This document shows positions 18,852 through 28,163 of a DNA stretch of 64,000 nucleotides, piece after piece; the first letter of the stretch is position 1; each line of letters starts with the position of its first letter. The notes below the pieces were generated by a model. It had not been told where the DNA came from. It saw only the letters and a list, made by a program, of their open reading frames with translations, and made no database searches. A program made the position numbers and the translations under genes. Source of the DNA: an uncultured Candidatus Saccharibacteria bacterium (GTDB lineage Bacteria; Patescibacteriota; Minisyncoccia; Phycocordibacterales; UBA6899); assembly GCA_964386905.1 (NCBI GenBank), contig CAYLUP010000002.1, positions 64,522 through 128,521 of the forward strand, written 5' to 3'.

Positions 18852-20060
18852 ATGCGAATACAAGATATTGGAAAACTTTCTACTCGTATGTTCAAAACCA
18901 ACCCTGCACGTACATGGTTGACGATTTCTGGTATGGGCGTTGGTACGGGTGCTGTTGTGACACTTGTTGCATTGGGTTTTGGAATGCAAAATATTATTTT
19001 GGAACAGATTGTGTTCGGAGAAACCCTATTGTCATTATCTGTTTCTAATCCACTGACAAAAGCGGTGACAATTAATGACACGACGCTGGGAGAGTTTCGC
19101 GCAATGCCGAATGTGAAAGATGTTGCACCTATGGCTCAATACCCGACACTCATTACCATGAAAGGCCTCACAGGAAACGCTTTTGTTCAAGGGGTAGAAC
19201 CCGCATACTATCGATATATTGGCGCAGCTGCTGTTGCTGGGGAATTGCATACAGAAAAAAATAAAATGCAAACAACCGATGGTGTTATTTTGACAAAGGC
19301 GGTGTTGAAGTTATTCGAAATAAAAGAGCCCGCTGATGCTATTGGTCAAGAAATCTCTTTTCGTGTCCTTGTCCCTATGGAAGGAACGGACGATGTGCAG
19401 GAAGTTCCTATCGAGCGCACGTACCGAGTTATTGGCGTATCGAATGAAGAAGCCTTTATTTCCGCATTCATACAGCTCTCTGAGTTGAAGAATTACATTC
19501 AGATCAACGAATATGAAAAAGCACAAGTTCGTGTGACGAAAAGTGAATTTTTGAATGATGCGCAAAACCTTGTTGTTGCAAAAGGGTTTATTGTTACTGC
19601 ACTGAGCAAGACGGTTGATCAAGCAAATAAGATCTTTAAAGGTGTGCAGGCTGTACTTGCCGTGTTCGGAGGAATTGCCTTGACGGTGTCCGCAATTGGT
19701 ATGTTTAATACCATGACTGTGACGTTGCTCGAGCGTACGAAGGAGATTGGTATCATGCGTACACTTGGTGCATCTTCACAGGATATTAAGATCCTCTTTC
19801 TTTCTGAGTCTGTTATTGTCGGCTTTCTTGGGGGAGTGATGGGGATTGTCTTTGGTCTCATTATTGGCCTCTCCTTAAACGGATTAGTCAACCTTGCCGC
19901 TGCAAGTTTTGGGGGAAAATCGATGGCGCTCTTCTCGTTCCCGATTATATTCCTCCTCTTTATTGCCGCATTCTCCGCATTCGTTGGTTTTCTCACGGGA
20001 GTCTTTCCTGCGGTTCGTGCGTCAAAACTCTCTCCATTGGATGCAATGCGGTATGGATAA
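18852..20060 (+). CDS. ABC transporter permease, FtsX/MacB family: 4 TM helices plus a large extracytoplasmic domain.
   Basis: N-terminal TM, ~230-aa periplasmic domain, then three C-terminal TMs carrying the FtsX-type motif ...ERTKEIGIMRTLGASSQDI.... It is 4 nt downstream of the ATPase gene. Confidence 0.75.
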   Translation: MRIQDIGKLSTRMFKTNPARTWLTISGMGVGTGAVVTLVALGFGMQNIILEQIVFGETLLSLSVSNPLTKAVTINDTTLGEFRAMPNVKDVAPMAQYPTLITMKGLTGNAFVQGVEPAYYRYIGAAAVAGELHTEKNKMQTTDGVILTKAVLKLFEIKEPADAIGQEISFRVLVPMEGTDDVQEVPIERTYRVIGVSNEEAFISAFIQLSELKNYIQINEYEKAQVRVTKSEFLNDAQNLVVAKGFIVTALSKTVDQANKIFKGVQAVLAVFGGIALTVSAIGMFNTMTVTLLERTKEIGIMRTLGASSQDIKILFLSESVIVGFLGGVMGIVFGLIIGLSLNGLVNLAAASFGGKSMALFSFPIIFLLFIAAFSAFVGFLTGVFPAVRASKLSPLDAMRYG

Positions 20061-20084
20061 AAAACGCGAAAGCGTTTTTTATTT
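20059..20084 (+). terminator. Rho-independent terminator: aaacgc-gaaa-gcgttt followed by a T-run.
   Basis: Perfect stem-loop directly after the TAA of the permease gene. Confidence 0.6.
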
Positions 20085-20147
20085 TCTGTGGATAAAGAAA
20101 GCCATTTTTCTTGTTTGTAGGGTATAATAGAATAAACAGATACTATT

Positions 20148-22028
20148 ATGAAGTCCATATTACGAACGTTCTCAAAGGAAGCGCCTTTGTTCCCAATAAT
20201 TTTGGGTGTTTTCGCTTCACTTTTATTGATTTTTTTGTCAACTATCGGTGGTATGAGTACAACAGTTGATGCTGGAACGGCATCATCAACTGTCAGGGTA
20301 CTCAACACTCCTCCTGTATTTGAGACTGGAACGGATGCCTATGAAGTGATTGCATCTTCATCGACGAGTCCGACGCGATATGGCACGACTCTTACGTGGG
20401 GTGCTCAGGTAAAGGATAGTGGAAGTAATAGTGTCTATCTCCTTGTATGTCGTACGAATGCTGCGCCAACAGCATCATCAAGCACTGCACCGACCTGTAA
20501 TGGTGGCGCATCCAATTTGCTTGCCGTGTCAGATGCACCAGTATCGACTGCTTGGCCAGCAGCATCACTAGTATACGCAACATCATCTCCACTTTCTGAC
20601 CCATTTATCGGCTCAACAGTTGAAGAGATGAATTGGTATGCATTCTTGTGTGATACTGATTCTCACATGCCAAAATGTACGGCAAGTGCAAATACAGGTA
20701 CGGCAGGAAATGCAGATGCAAGTCCGTTTAATGTGAACCACCCTCACAATTTCACAGTTTTTGCACAAAACGGGCCAGTAAATCCAGGTCAGACAATTAC
20801 GTTTACCGCTACTGCCGCAGAAGCACATCAAGATGTTGTTGGTGGAACTGATGCTGCTCGTTTGTTTGTGTGTAAAGACGCAGATTTTACTGGTTCTGAT
20901 TGTGGTGCAGGTGGAGCATGGGCAACGACAACTGTTGCGGTTCAGACAAATCCTACAGCAAGCGTGACTTTTGCTATTCCATTCCAGGATAGCGCATTCC
21001 AGGCGTATGGATATGTCTTGGATAATCATAATTCTGTCGCTACCGGTGTTGCACAAGGTTCATCTGCTCCATTTTCTATTAATAATGTTGCGCCAACAGT
21101 TGTTGCGAGCTCCATCACGTACGCATCCTCATCGCTCGTACTCACGAATCCGCTTGCAGAGACAAATGGTTTTGTATTGAACTTCACTGCATCAGATAAT
21201 AACAGTTGTATCAGTACAAGTTCTGCACCTGAAGTTTCTGATGTCCGTGTTCAACTCTTTCGCAGTGATCTCTCTGGCACATGCCGTGCAGGTATTCCTG
21301 GCGACTATAATGCAAACAACTGTTATACCAGTGAGGTTGCGACGACAACATGGAATATTCTCTGTACTCCAAATGGAGCATCGTGTACTGGAAATACTGA
21401 TACGACAGTCGATTGGTCTTGCACATTCCCATTGTGGAGTAATGCTGATCCAACAGGAGCGGGGACACCGTGGTCTGCTCAGATGTGGGACGCACGCGTT
21501 ACTGCAATAGACGACAATGCCGCTTCTGGTCTTGCGCTTACGGATAGCCCCGCAAGGCGTGCTGAGGTTGAACCATTTACATACATGGATCTTGGTGCTG
21601 GAAGTATTGATTTCGGAGTCTTCGAACCAGGTTTTGGTAACACAAATCTTGGTGATGAACCAGGCTCAGTTCTCGGGGTACAATCTCAGGGAAACACTGC
21701 ACTCGATATTAATGTTCAGGTGAGTGATATGTGTCCGAACTACAGCAACGGGTGTGCTGGAAATGAATCATCAAACACAATCTTTGGTGACAGACAGCAT
21801 TATGCAACGTCTTCAGTTCCATATGCTGGCCCAGGAATGTTCGTAGGAAGCACATCATCATCACCGCTCCTTGATTTAAATGTGAAAAAACCAACAGCGA
21901 CTTCAACTCCAACATCGAAGGATACTTATTGGGGTATCTTTGTACCCGCAACACTAACAGTCTCTGGTGATTATAAGGGTGTGAATACGCTTACAATGGT
22001 CCTTGAAGCAAATACTTCAACGTGGTAG
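20148..22028 (+). CDS. Secreted Thr/Ser/Cys-rich surface protein.
   Basis: N-terminal TM/signal PLFPIILGVFASLLLIFLSTIGG. Numerous Cys residues (...CNGGAS..., ...CGAGGAW..., ...CPNYSNGCAGN...). C-terminal tail ...SGDYKGVNTLTMVLEANTSTW resembles the DY(K/T) tails of the 2..4240 and 7064..8224 products. A DUF916-like anchor gene lies immediately downstream. Confidence 0.5.
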   Translation: MKSILRTFSKEAPLFPIILGVFASLLLIFLSTIGGMSTTVDAGTASSTVRVLNTPPVFETGTDAYEVIASSSTSPTRYGTTLTWGAQVKDSGSNSVYLLVCRTNAAPTASSSTAPTCNGGASNLLAVSDAPVSTAWPAASLVYATSSPLSDPFIGSTVEEMNWYAFLCDTDSHMPKCTASANTGTAGNADASPFNVNHPHNFTVFAQNGPVNPGQTITFTATAAEAHQDVVGGTDAARLFVCKDADFTGSDCGAGGAWATTTVAVQTNPTASVTFAIPFQDSAFQAYGYVLDNHNSVATGVAQGSSAPFSINNVAPTVVASSITYASSSLVLTNPLAETNGFVLNFTASDNNSCISTSSAPEVSDVRVQLFRSDLSGTCRAGIPGDYNANNCYTSEVATTTWNILCTPNGASCTGNTDTTVDWSCTFPLWSNADPTGAGTPWSAQMWDARVTAIDDNAASGLALTDSPARRAEVEPFTYMDLGAGSIDFGVFEPGFGNTNLGDEPGSVLGVQSQGNTALDINVQVSDMCPNYSNGCAGNESSNTIFGDRQHYATSSVPYAGPGMFVGSTSSSPLLDLNVKKPTATSTPTSKDTYWGIFVPATLTVSGDYKGVNTLTMVLEANTSTW

Positions 22029-22030
22029 AA

Positions 22031-22056
22031 AATGCCGCCATTTGGCGGTTTTTTCT
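22031..22056 (+). terminator. Rho-independent terminator: gccgcc-attt-ggcggt followed by tttttt.
   Basis: GC-rich hairpin and T-run 3 nt after the TAG stop. Confidence 0.6.
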
Positions 22057-22136
22057 TTTCTTTCTATACCCATCTTATACACAGATATTCTATGGTCGAG
22101 GTTGCATAATAATGATAAAATAGATTCACGTTACGC

Positions 22137-23207
22137 ATGACTCATCGCGCAAGTTTTATTGTTGCAGGAATCGTGTTCTTTTGGCTAATGCAGGTGCATA
22201 CCGCTTTGGCTGGTTTTGGTATCACTCCTCCATACGTTCGAAATGAGACACTTCGCCCAGGCAGTGATTTTAGTCAGGAAATTATTATCGTTCGATCTGA
22301 GCCAGAAGAAGACCTGAAAGCAGAGCTTACGATAAATACTCCGGGTTTTGAATCTTGGATTACTTCTGATCGTGGAAATTCTTTTGTTCTTTCTCGTGGT
22401 GAAACACAAACAAAAATTCGATTCACGGTTCGAGTCCCGGAAAATGCGAAGCTTGGAGATTATAGAGGAACCATCCGTATTCGAACAACTGGGGTTGGAG
22501 AGCAGGCATCTGGAGTTTCACTCGCGCTGGGTGCACAGATTGATGTCTTCCTGCGTGTTCGAGATGAGATTTTTGATTTTGCGGTACGGCGAGTCGAACT
22601 CTTTGACGCTGAGGAAGGGAAGAGGGTCTTATGGCTTGATTACCCGGGAAAAATTACTTTTGCAATGCAATTAGAGAATACAGGAAACGTTCCTGCTGCT
22701 CCCTACAAAGTTCGTTTTGAAGTGTATGATATTTCTGGAAGACAACTTTTGGAAACTGCTGAAAGCACAAATAAGATTCGTGAGATTCTTCCTTTTGCAA
22801 CGAAACGCGTAGAAGCATATCTTCCTACCCATCTTCCACCAGGGTCGTACCGAGTGAAATACAATGTTATGAAAGAGAAAGATTCCTCGGCTCAGGTTGG
22901 AGAACTTACTCTTTCCATCTTCCCGAAAGGAACGATTTCTGGCTACGTGGGATATGGTTTTGAAGGTTTGTCATTCGCTGACAAGCTCACCCTGATTCTT
23001 CCTGTGGCGACAGTGAGCCTTGTAATCATTGCTCCAGTTCTTGGAAGAAAGAAGCGAAAACCACGACGACGTATTGATGATATTGATACTGATGAGCCAG
23101 TTGGTCCACGAAAAGTTCAGCGTTCTACTGCGCCAACAAGGACTCGTGCACAGGTTGTGACGAGACGGGCGACAACTTCTGATGTCGTCGATCTCAAAAG
23201 ACGGTAA
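22137..23207 (+). CDS. Membrane-anchored two-domain surface protein, the third paralog with DUF916+DUF3324-like architecture.
   Basis: Signal FIVAGIVFFWLMQVHTALA and the GFGITPP motif. Two beta-rich domains, including FTVRVPENAKLGDYRGTIRIR. C-terminal TM LTLILPVATVSLVIIAPVLG followed by GRKKRKPRRR. Confidence 0.5.
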   Translation: MTHRASFIVAGIVFFWLMQVHTALAGFGITPPYVRNETLRPGSDFSQEIIIVRSEPEEDLKAELTINTPGFESWITSDRGNSFVLSRGETQTKIRFTVRVPENAKLGDYRGTIRIRTTGVGEQASGVSLALGAQIDVFLRVRDEIFDFAVRRVELFDAEEGKRVLWLDYPGKITFAMQLENTGNVPAAPYKVRFEVYDISGRQLLETAESTNKIREILPFATKRVEAYLPTHLPPGSYRVKYNVMKEKDSSAQVGELTLSIFPKGTISGYVGYGFEGLSFADKLTLILPVATVSLVIIAPVLGRKKRKPRRRIDDIDTDEPVGPRKVQRSTAPTRTRAQVVTRRATTSDVVDLKRR

Positions 23208-23210
23208 TAT

Positions 23211-24431
23211 ATGAAGCACAAAAACATGCAACATGCTCCCTCCAGGAAGCACGCAAAGAATCTGGAGCGTGTTGCGTTTTTTTGCACAATTATTTTTTCA
23301 GTATGTGCGCTTCTTTTGTCCTCTGACGTTGAGGTTATTGGGGTGCATCGTGCTTCTGCGGAAACCGTGACGACGACTATCGCTGTTTCGATTTGTGGAA
23401 ACGCTATCGTTGATGTTGGAGAAGTGTGTGATGATGGTTTGGGAATGAATGATGGAACCTACTCGACATCAACTCTTGGAAGAAAGTGTTCCCCAAATTG
23501 TCGTTCGTATGGTCCTTATTGTGGAGATACAATTCTCCAGGCGTATTATCTCGAAGAGTGTGATGATGGAAATAATACAAATGGCGATCGGTGTTCACTT
23601 TCCTGTGAGCAGGAAGAGGACCCCATATCTTCTACAACACCTCCTGTTCCACCATCTACTCCGTCCGGGGATGGAGGAGGTTCGGGTGGAAATGTGCCAA
23701 TTCGTGCACAGACCCAAATTGTCTTTGAAGGGAAAGCCTACCCGAATGTAAGCGTGCAAATATTAAAAGACGGACAGTTGGTCGGTATCGCACAATCAGA
23801 CAGTGAAGCAAAGTTTTCCTACCTTGTCTCAAATGCAACACCAGGTCCGACTACGTTTGGATTCTGGGCAGAAGATGCAAAAAAGATTCGCTCTATTACG
23901 CAAACAACAACATTCCAGGTGACGCAGAATGCTGTGACAAATGTTGGAAACGTGTACCTCCCGCCGACTATCCGCGCACTTGTAAATAAGGTTCGCCCAG
24001 GTGCAGAAATAGCCATTGATGGGACAACAGTTCCAAGCGCTGTCGTAAACATTCTCCTAGATAAAAGCAAGATTCCTACGCATATGGCGACGTCATCATC
24101 TAACGGTGCATGGGACATGAAAATCCCGACGACCGGAATGACACCAGAGATCTTTCATACATTGATTCCATTCTTCGAAATACACCCTGGCGGATCTGCT
24201 GCAAAATTGAAAAGCACTAATGGATTGTCGCTGAACATTTTTGTTGGGAACAATGAGGTAACAAATCGTGCAGTACGGGCAGATATCAATAATGACGGAA
24301 AGGTGAACATGGTCGACTTTTCTATGCTGCTCTTTCACTGGGGTTCGACAAGTACTATCGCTGACTTAAACAGCGATGGGAAGGTGAATATCGCAGACTT
24401 TTCGGTCTTACTCTTTAATTGGACAGGATAA
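23211..24431 (+). CDS. Secreted protein with an N-terminal Myxococcus-type cysteine-rich repeat and a C-terminal type I dockerin domain.
   Basis: Cys-rich repeat CGNAIVDVGEVCDDGLGMNDGTYS...CSPNC...CGDTILQAYYLEECDDGNNTNGDRCSLSCEQE. C-terminal duplicated Ca-binding dockerin segments DINNDGKVNMVDFSMLLFHWG and DLNSDGKVNIADFSVLLFNW. Confidence 0.7.
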   Translation: MKHKNMQHAPSRKHAKNLERVAFFCTIIFSVCALLLSSDVEVIGVHRASAETVTTTIAVSICGNAIVDVGEVCDDGLGMNDGTYSTSTLGRKCSPNCRSYGPYCGDTILQAYYLEECDDGNNTNGDRCSLSCEQEEDPISSTTPPVPPSTPSGDGGGSGGNVPIRAQTQIVFEGKAYPNVSVQILKDGQLVGIAQSDSEAKFSYLVSNATPGPTTFGFWAEDAKKIRSITQTTTFQVTQNAVTNVGNVYLPPTIRALVNKVRPGAEIAIDGTTVPSAVVNILLDKSKIPTHMATSSSNGAWDMKIPTTGMTPEIFHTLIPFFEIHPGGSAAKLKSTNGLSLNIFVGNNEVTNRAVRADINNDGKVNMVDFSMLLFHWGSTSTIADLNSDGKVNIADFSVLLFNWTG

Positions 24432-24432
24432 T

Positions 24433-25428
24433 ATGAAATATTTTCTTTATGTTGTGCTTTTCTCTGTATTGCCGCTTGTGTCTTCAGCTGCAACACTTCG
24501 CCTTGACCCTGCGGAAAAGCACGTTGGTCCAGGAGATGTTTTTGTTGCGGACGTTCGCATCGATGTTCTCGCTGATGAATGTGTCAATGCCGCGACCGTG
24601 GTGGCGACATATGATCCAGAGGTGCTTCGCTTGAATGCGTTATCTCGGGGTGAATCGATATTTTCTTTGTGGATTGAGGAGGTCATTCATCATGATACTG
24701 GAGTAGCTCGTTTTACTGCTGGCATTCCTGCTGGGTATTGCGGACGTGCTCAAGGGGATCCGGGGCAAACAAATATTATCGGGAAGCTTGTGTTTCAATA
24801 TGTTGGCAATGAAACGAGTGGGGGTACTATCATTACGTTTTCTCCCGAAACAGAAGTTATCCTCAATGATGGTCTTGGTACAAAAACTCAGCTCGATATA
24901 CAGCAGCTATCGGTTTTGTTTGTTCCAAAAGCAGATGTTTCTAACGAGTGGCTTGCTGAGGTGCGTCAGGATACATTTTCACCAGAGTCATTCACACCTG
25001 AAATTATCCAGGATACATCATCTCCAGATCAGCCATACTATCTTATCTTCCACACAACAGATAAACAAAGCGGGGTAGAACATTACGAAGTTGTTGAAGA
25101 AGATCCAAGGAGCTTCGGGTTCCGTATTGGGAGTCGCGTCAAGGCGAAACTCTCTCGCGCAACGAGCCCGTATCTCTTAAGTGATCAAACACTGAGTAGC
25201 CGTATTGTTGTTCGTGCATATGATCATGCTGGAAATATGGAAGAGACGATTCTCCCACCTCGGAATATGCCACTGCTCTTTGATCCTGCGCAGCCTGATG
25301 ATTATATCCTTCCGCTTATAGTCATGTTGTGCTGTGGTGGTGTTGTGTCGTATTTCTTCTATCGGAAGAAAAAGATGCAGTTGCAGGATGAGCCGCATAA
25401 TCCGAGTGAAGATATGCATGTACAGTAA
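24433..25428 (+). CDS. Membrane-anchored cohesin-domain protein.
   Basis: After the signal peptide comes a cohesin-like beta-sandwich: TLRLDPAEKHVGPGDVFVADVRIDVLADECVNAATVVATYDPEVLRLNALSRGESIFSLW.... This is followed by an Ig-like module ending AYDHAGN, a C-terminal TM LPLIVMLCCGGVVSYFFY and a basic tail. It starts 1 nt after the dockerin gene. Confidence 0.6.
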   Translation: MKYFLYVVLFSVLPLVSSAATLRLDPAEKHVGPGDVFVADVRIDVLADECVNAATVVATYDPEVLRLNALSRGESIFSLWIEEVIHHDTGVARFTAGIPAGYCGRAQGDPGQTNIIGKLVFQYVGNETSGGTIITFSPETEVILNDGLGTKTQLDIQQLSVLFVPKADVSNEWLAEVRQDTFSPESFTPEIIQDTSSPDQPYYLIFHTTDKQSGVEHYEVVEEDPRSFGFRIGSRVKAKLSRATSPYLLSDQTLSSRIVVRAYDHAGNMEETILPPRNMPLLFDPAQPDDYILPLIVMLCCGGVVSYFFYRKKKMQLQDEPHNPSEDMHVQ

Positions 25429-25430
25429 AA

Positions 25431-25457
25431 ATAAACACGCACGTGTTTATTTTTTTG
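25431..25457 (+). terminator. Rho-independent terminator: aaacac-gcac-gtgttt followed by a T-run.
   Basis: Palindrome plus a T-rich tail immediately after the TAA. Confidence 0.5.
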
Positions 25458-25502
25458 TGCATAACTTCAAAGGCGAAAGAGATTGCATGGTATACTAAGA
25501 GT

Positions 25503-27125
25503 ATGAAGCTCTCGTGGTCTATGCAGGGGATTTTTGCGCTTATCTTAGGCGTATTTTTGCCTGTTTCCGCGTGGGCAGCCAGCAGCTTGCAATTTACCCC
25601 CGCATCGGGGAGTTACCTTGTGGATGAAGTAGTCCCAGTGCGCGTTAGTGTCGATTCACCTGAGAAATTATCTGCGATTGAAGCAACAATACAGTTCGAT
25701 CCTATAAATTTCGACGTGTCACTTTTGAGTACCTCCGCAGAGGTATCGTGGATTGCCGCTCCTGTCGTCGATACTGAAAAAGGGGAAATATATTATTCTG
25801 GAATGCTTTCGAAAACAGCAATTCTCCCGCTGGATGTATTAACCTTACGAGTTAAAGGGATTCGGCCAGGAAAGCATGAGTTACGGTTTGTTTCAGGTGC
25901 TTCAACCGTGGCAGCTGACGGAACTGGTGGAAATACACTAGGTAAAATCACGCATGCGCAATTTGATATATTAACAGAAGAAGGTTTTGTTTCTCCTGAT
26001 GGTGAGGTGCTCGGTCTCCAGGACGAACAATTTATTATTCGATCTTCGGAAATTGTAGATCCTGCAAAATGGTATGCATTCCATCAGGCAACCCTCGAAT
26101 GGACGCTTCCTGAGCGGGTGCAGAATGTTCTCCTTGGTTTAACGAAAAAGCATGATGATGTAGGATATAAGCCTGGCCCAAAAGGAACAACGACACGAAC
26201 TCTTACAGACCTCGAAGAGGGTGAATGGTACTTTCATCTCACACCAGAAGGAAAAGGGAAAGAAGAAAGTGTTCATTTTCGTATTGCAATTGATCGTGAA
26301 GCACCACTGATTGGCACAACCACAATAATGGAAAGAGCAGATGTTCGCGATCCAAACATTTCTGTGTTCATAGAAGCAGAAGATGTTCTTTCAGGTATTT
26401 CGCATTATGAATTTCTGATTAATGGAAATCATGTCGCGAAGTGGGAAGATGATGGAACTCACCAATATCGCTTTAAAAGCCCTGTTGTTGGTAACGCTGA
26501 TCTTACAATTTCAGCATTTGATCACGCGGGAAATCGAAGCGAAGTACACATTCCATTTCGCGTTGAACCACTACCTGTTCCAAGTATTGTACTTCAAAAA
26601 GACTCGTTTGGAGAATCGAGTCCAATTATTGCTGATGTCATAGGTCTCCCGAGTGCTGTTGTGAAAATAGTATTTGAAGGAGATCGCGTACGCCAAGAAA
26701 GTATCATAAACTTAGATCACAATGGGCGTGGGCGGTATGTTCTTCGAGAAACGCTTCTTCCTGGAGCATATCAATTACATGCATTGCAGACGCTCGATCA
26801 TGGGGGGTCTTCAGAGCAACCAATCATTACTGATGTTATAATCACTCCGTCTATTGCAGGCTACATAGGTAGAAATTTCGCTCTTTCTCTCGTTCTCATT
26901 CCCATTCTATTCGTTGCATTTCTATACGGTTTTTGGAGGTTCGGGGTTATTCATGTGCTTCTTTCTTTGCGTCGGAGAAAAAAGAGTATATTGCGAACAC
27001 CACCGGCTCTTCCAGTACCAACAAGTTCATCCCCCCGGACAAAAGTTGTTTCTTCGTCGCTCCAAGTAAAAAAGAGTATTCGAACACATGCTCATGCTGG
27101 TGTTGTTGATTTAAGAAAAAAATAA
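25503..27125 (+). CDS. Second membrane-anchored cohesin-domain protein.
   Basis: Signal MKLSWSMQGIFALILGVFLPVSAWA. Cohesin-like N-domain SSLQFTPASGSYLVDEVVPVRVSVDSPEKLSAIEATIQFDPINFDVSLLS.... Ig-like modules ending AFDHAGN. C-terminal TM LSLVLIPILFVAFLYGFW and basic tail RRRKKS.... Start placed at the in-frame ATG 25503, whereas the tool used GTG at 25443. Confidence 0.6.
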   Translation: MKLSWSMQGIFALILGVFLPVSAWAASSLQFTPASGSYLVDEVVPVRVSVDSPEKLSAIEATIQFDPINFDVSLLSTSAEVSWIAAPVVDTEKGEIYYSGMLSKTAILPLDVLTLRVKGIRPGKHELRFVSGASTVAADGTGGNTLGKITHAQFDILTEEGFVSPDGEVLGLQDEQFIIRSSEIVDPAKWYAFHQATLEWTLPERVQNVLLGLTKKHDDVGYKPGPKGTTTRTLTDLEEGEWYFHLTPEGKGKEESVHFRIAIDREAPLIGTTTIMERADVRDPNISVFIEAEDVLSGISHYEFLINGNHVAKWEDDGTHQYRFKSPVVGNADLTISAFDHAGNRSEVHIPFRVEPLPVPSIVLQKDSFGESSPIIADVIGLPSAVVKIVFEGDRVRQESIINLDHNGRGRYVLRETLLPGAYQLHALQTLDHGGSSEQPIITDVIITPSIAGYIGRNFALSLVLIPILFVAFLYGFWRFGVIHVLLSLRRRKKSILRTPPALPVPTSSSPRTKVVSSSLQVKKSIRTHAHAGVVDLRKK

Positions 27126-27148
27126 GGCTGAAGGCCTTATTTTTTTTA
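27123..27148. terminator. Bidirectional terminator: aaggc-tgaag-gcctt followed by tttttttt.
   Basis: Hairpin between convergent genes 25503..27125 (+) and 27146..28153 (-). Confidence 0.55.
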
Positions 27149-28153
27149 GATTTCCATTTGCTTGTTACTTTGTTCCGTACTCATTACTGCATGATGGTTT
27201 TTAAATACAGTCACAAATGTAATTAGTGTTGCCGGCGGAATAACGACTACTGCAATAAATGAGCCAATAATTGGAATGACAGATGAGATGATTGCGCTGA
27301 TGAGACCGAATACAATCGAGAAGACGGTCAACTTCCATAATATACTTTTCCAGTAGTGTGCGGTAAGATGGATGCTTTGTTGTATTGCTTTAAACCCCCG
27401 TGTGCCATGGATAAGATATGCAAAAATTGAAAATGTGGAGAAAAGACTGAAACAAAGTGATGGGAGAATGAGTATCGCTATTGCGGCATAGATATGACCC
27501 GTGTGGGGGAGTGCCAAACCGATGCTTTCAGGAGTTATTGGTGATCCGACTTTTTGGAAGAAGTTACGCACTAGGATGAAGATATATGTAATTCCAGGAA
27601 GAATGAGGAGGGTTTTAATAAGTAGCTTTTCAGTCATGATGAGAATATACCCAGGAAGAAGCGACCACGCTTTTCGTGAGGATTCCTCGATAGAAATATT
27701 TCCATCACGTGTCACTGTTTGTAGGAGGATAATGTTCCCAAGAGAACCAAAAAGTATAGTAAAGAGGACGCCGGCAGACAGATGTGAAATCAGGAATGGG
27801 AGAAGAGGGAGTGTTAGAAAATCTTTTGGCTGAAGTTCTAGCTGAATAAACGCATAATGCAATGGGAGTGAAAAGAGTGCAATAATAAGAAGCGGGAGTG
27901 CAATTGCAACCGCACCGGCAGACAGAAAGGAGAGTGGTTTGTTTTTATATGTTGCAATCGTTTGGTTAAATATTTCCTTGATCCCCTGAATATGATGGGA
28001 AGTATGCTGATTCTTGTCATACACTTCTGCTATGCCGACTTCAATCATGTCAATAGCCCAGCCTTTCTCTGAGAGAAGACTGTACACACGCTCACGAGGG
28101 ATTCCATCATGATACTGTTCTCGAATAAAGGCATTGAGTGCTTCTTTTGACAT
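27146..28153 (-). CDS. Polytopic membrane protein with an N-terminal cytoplasmic domain; function unknown.
   Basis: Soluble N-terminal ~60 aa (MSKEALNAFIREQYHDGIPRERVYSLLSEKGWAIDMIEVGIAEV), then at least 7 hydrophobic helices. Confidence 0.45.
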   Translation of the reverse strand: MSKEALNAFIREQYHDGIPRERVYSLLSEKGWAIDMIEVGIAEVYDKNQHTSHHIQGIKEIFNQTIATYKNKPLSFLSAGAVAIALPLLIIALFSLPLHYAFIQLELQPKDFLTLPLLPFLISHLSAGVLFTILFGSLGNIILLQTVTRDGNISIEESSRKAWSLLPGYILIMTEKLLIKTLLILPGITYIFILVRNFFQKVGSPITPESIGLALPHTGHIYAAIAILILPSLCFSLFSTFSIFAYLIHGTRGFKAIQQSIHLTAHYWKSILWKLTVFSIVFGLISAIISSVIPIIGSFIAVVVIPPATLITFVTVFKNHHAVMSTEQSNKQMEI

Positions 28154-28163
28154 AGTATTCTTA

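Noticed and set aside
19619-20308. 229-aa minus-strand ORF overlapping the FtsX-like permease gene and the downstream intergenic region.
   Set aside because: The + strand encodes a recognisable FtsX/MacB permease across the same bases, and the minus ORF is its antisense shadow.
27101-27150. Apparent 1-nt disagreement between my manual indexing of the poly-A run at ~27116-27122 and the ORF-track stop positions (27125 and 27146).
   Set aside because: Probably a counting slip in a homopolymer, not a frameshift. ORF-track coordinates were kept for CDS ends, and other manually derived coordinates should be treated as within 1-2 nt.
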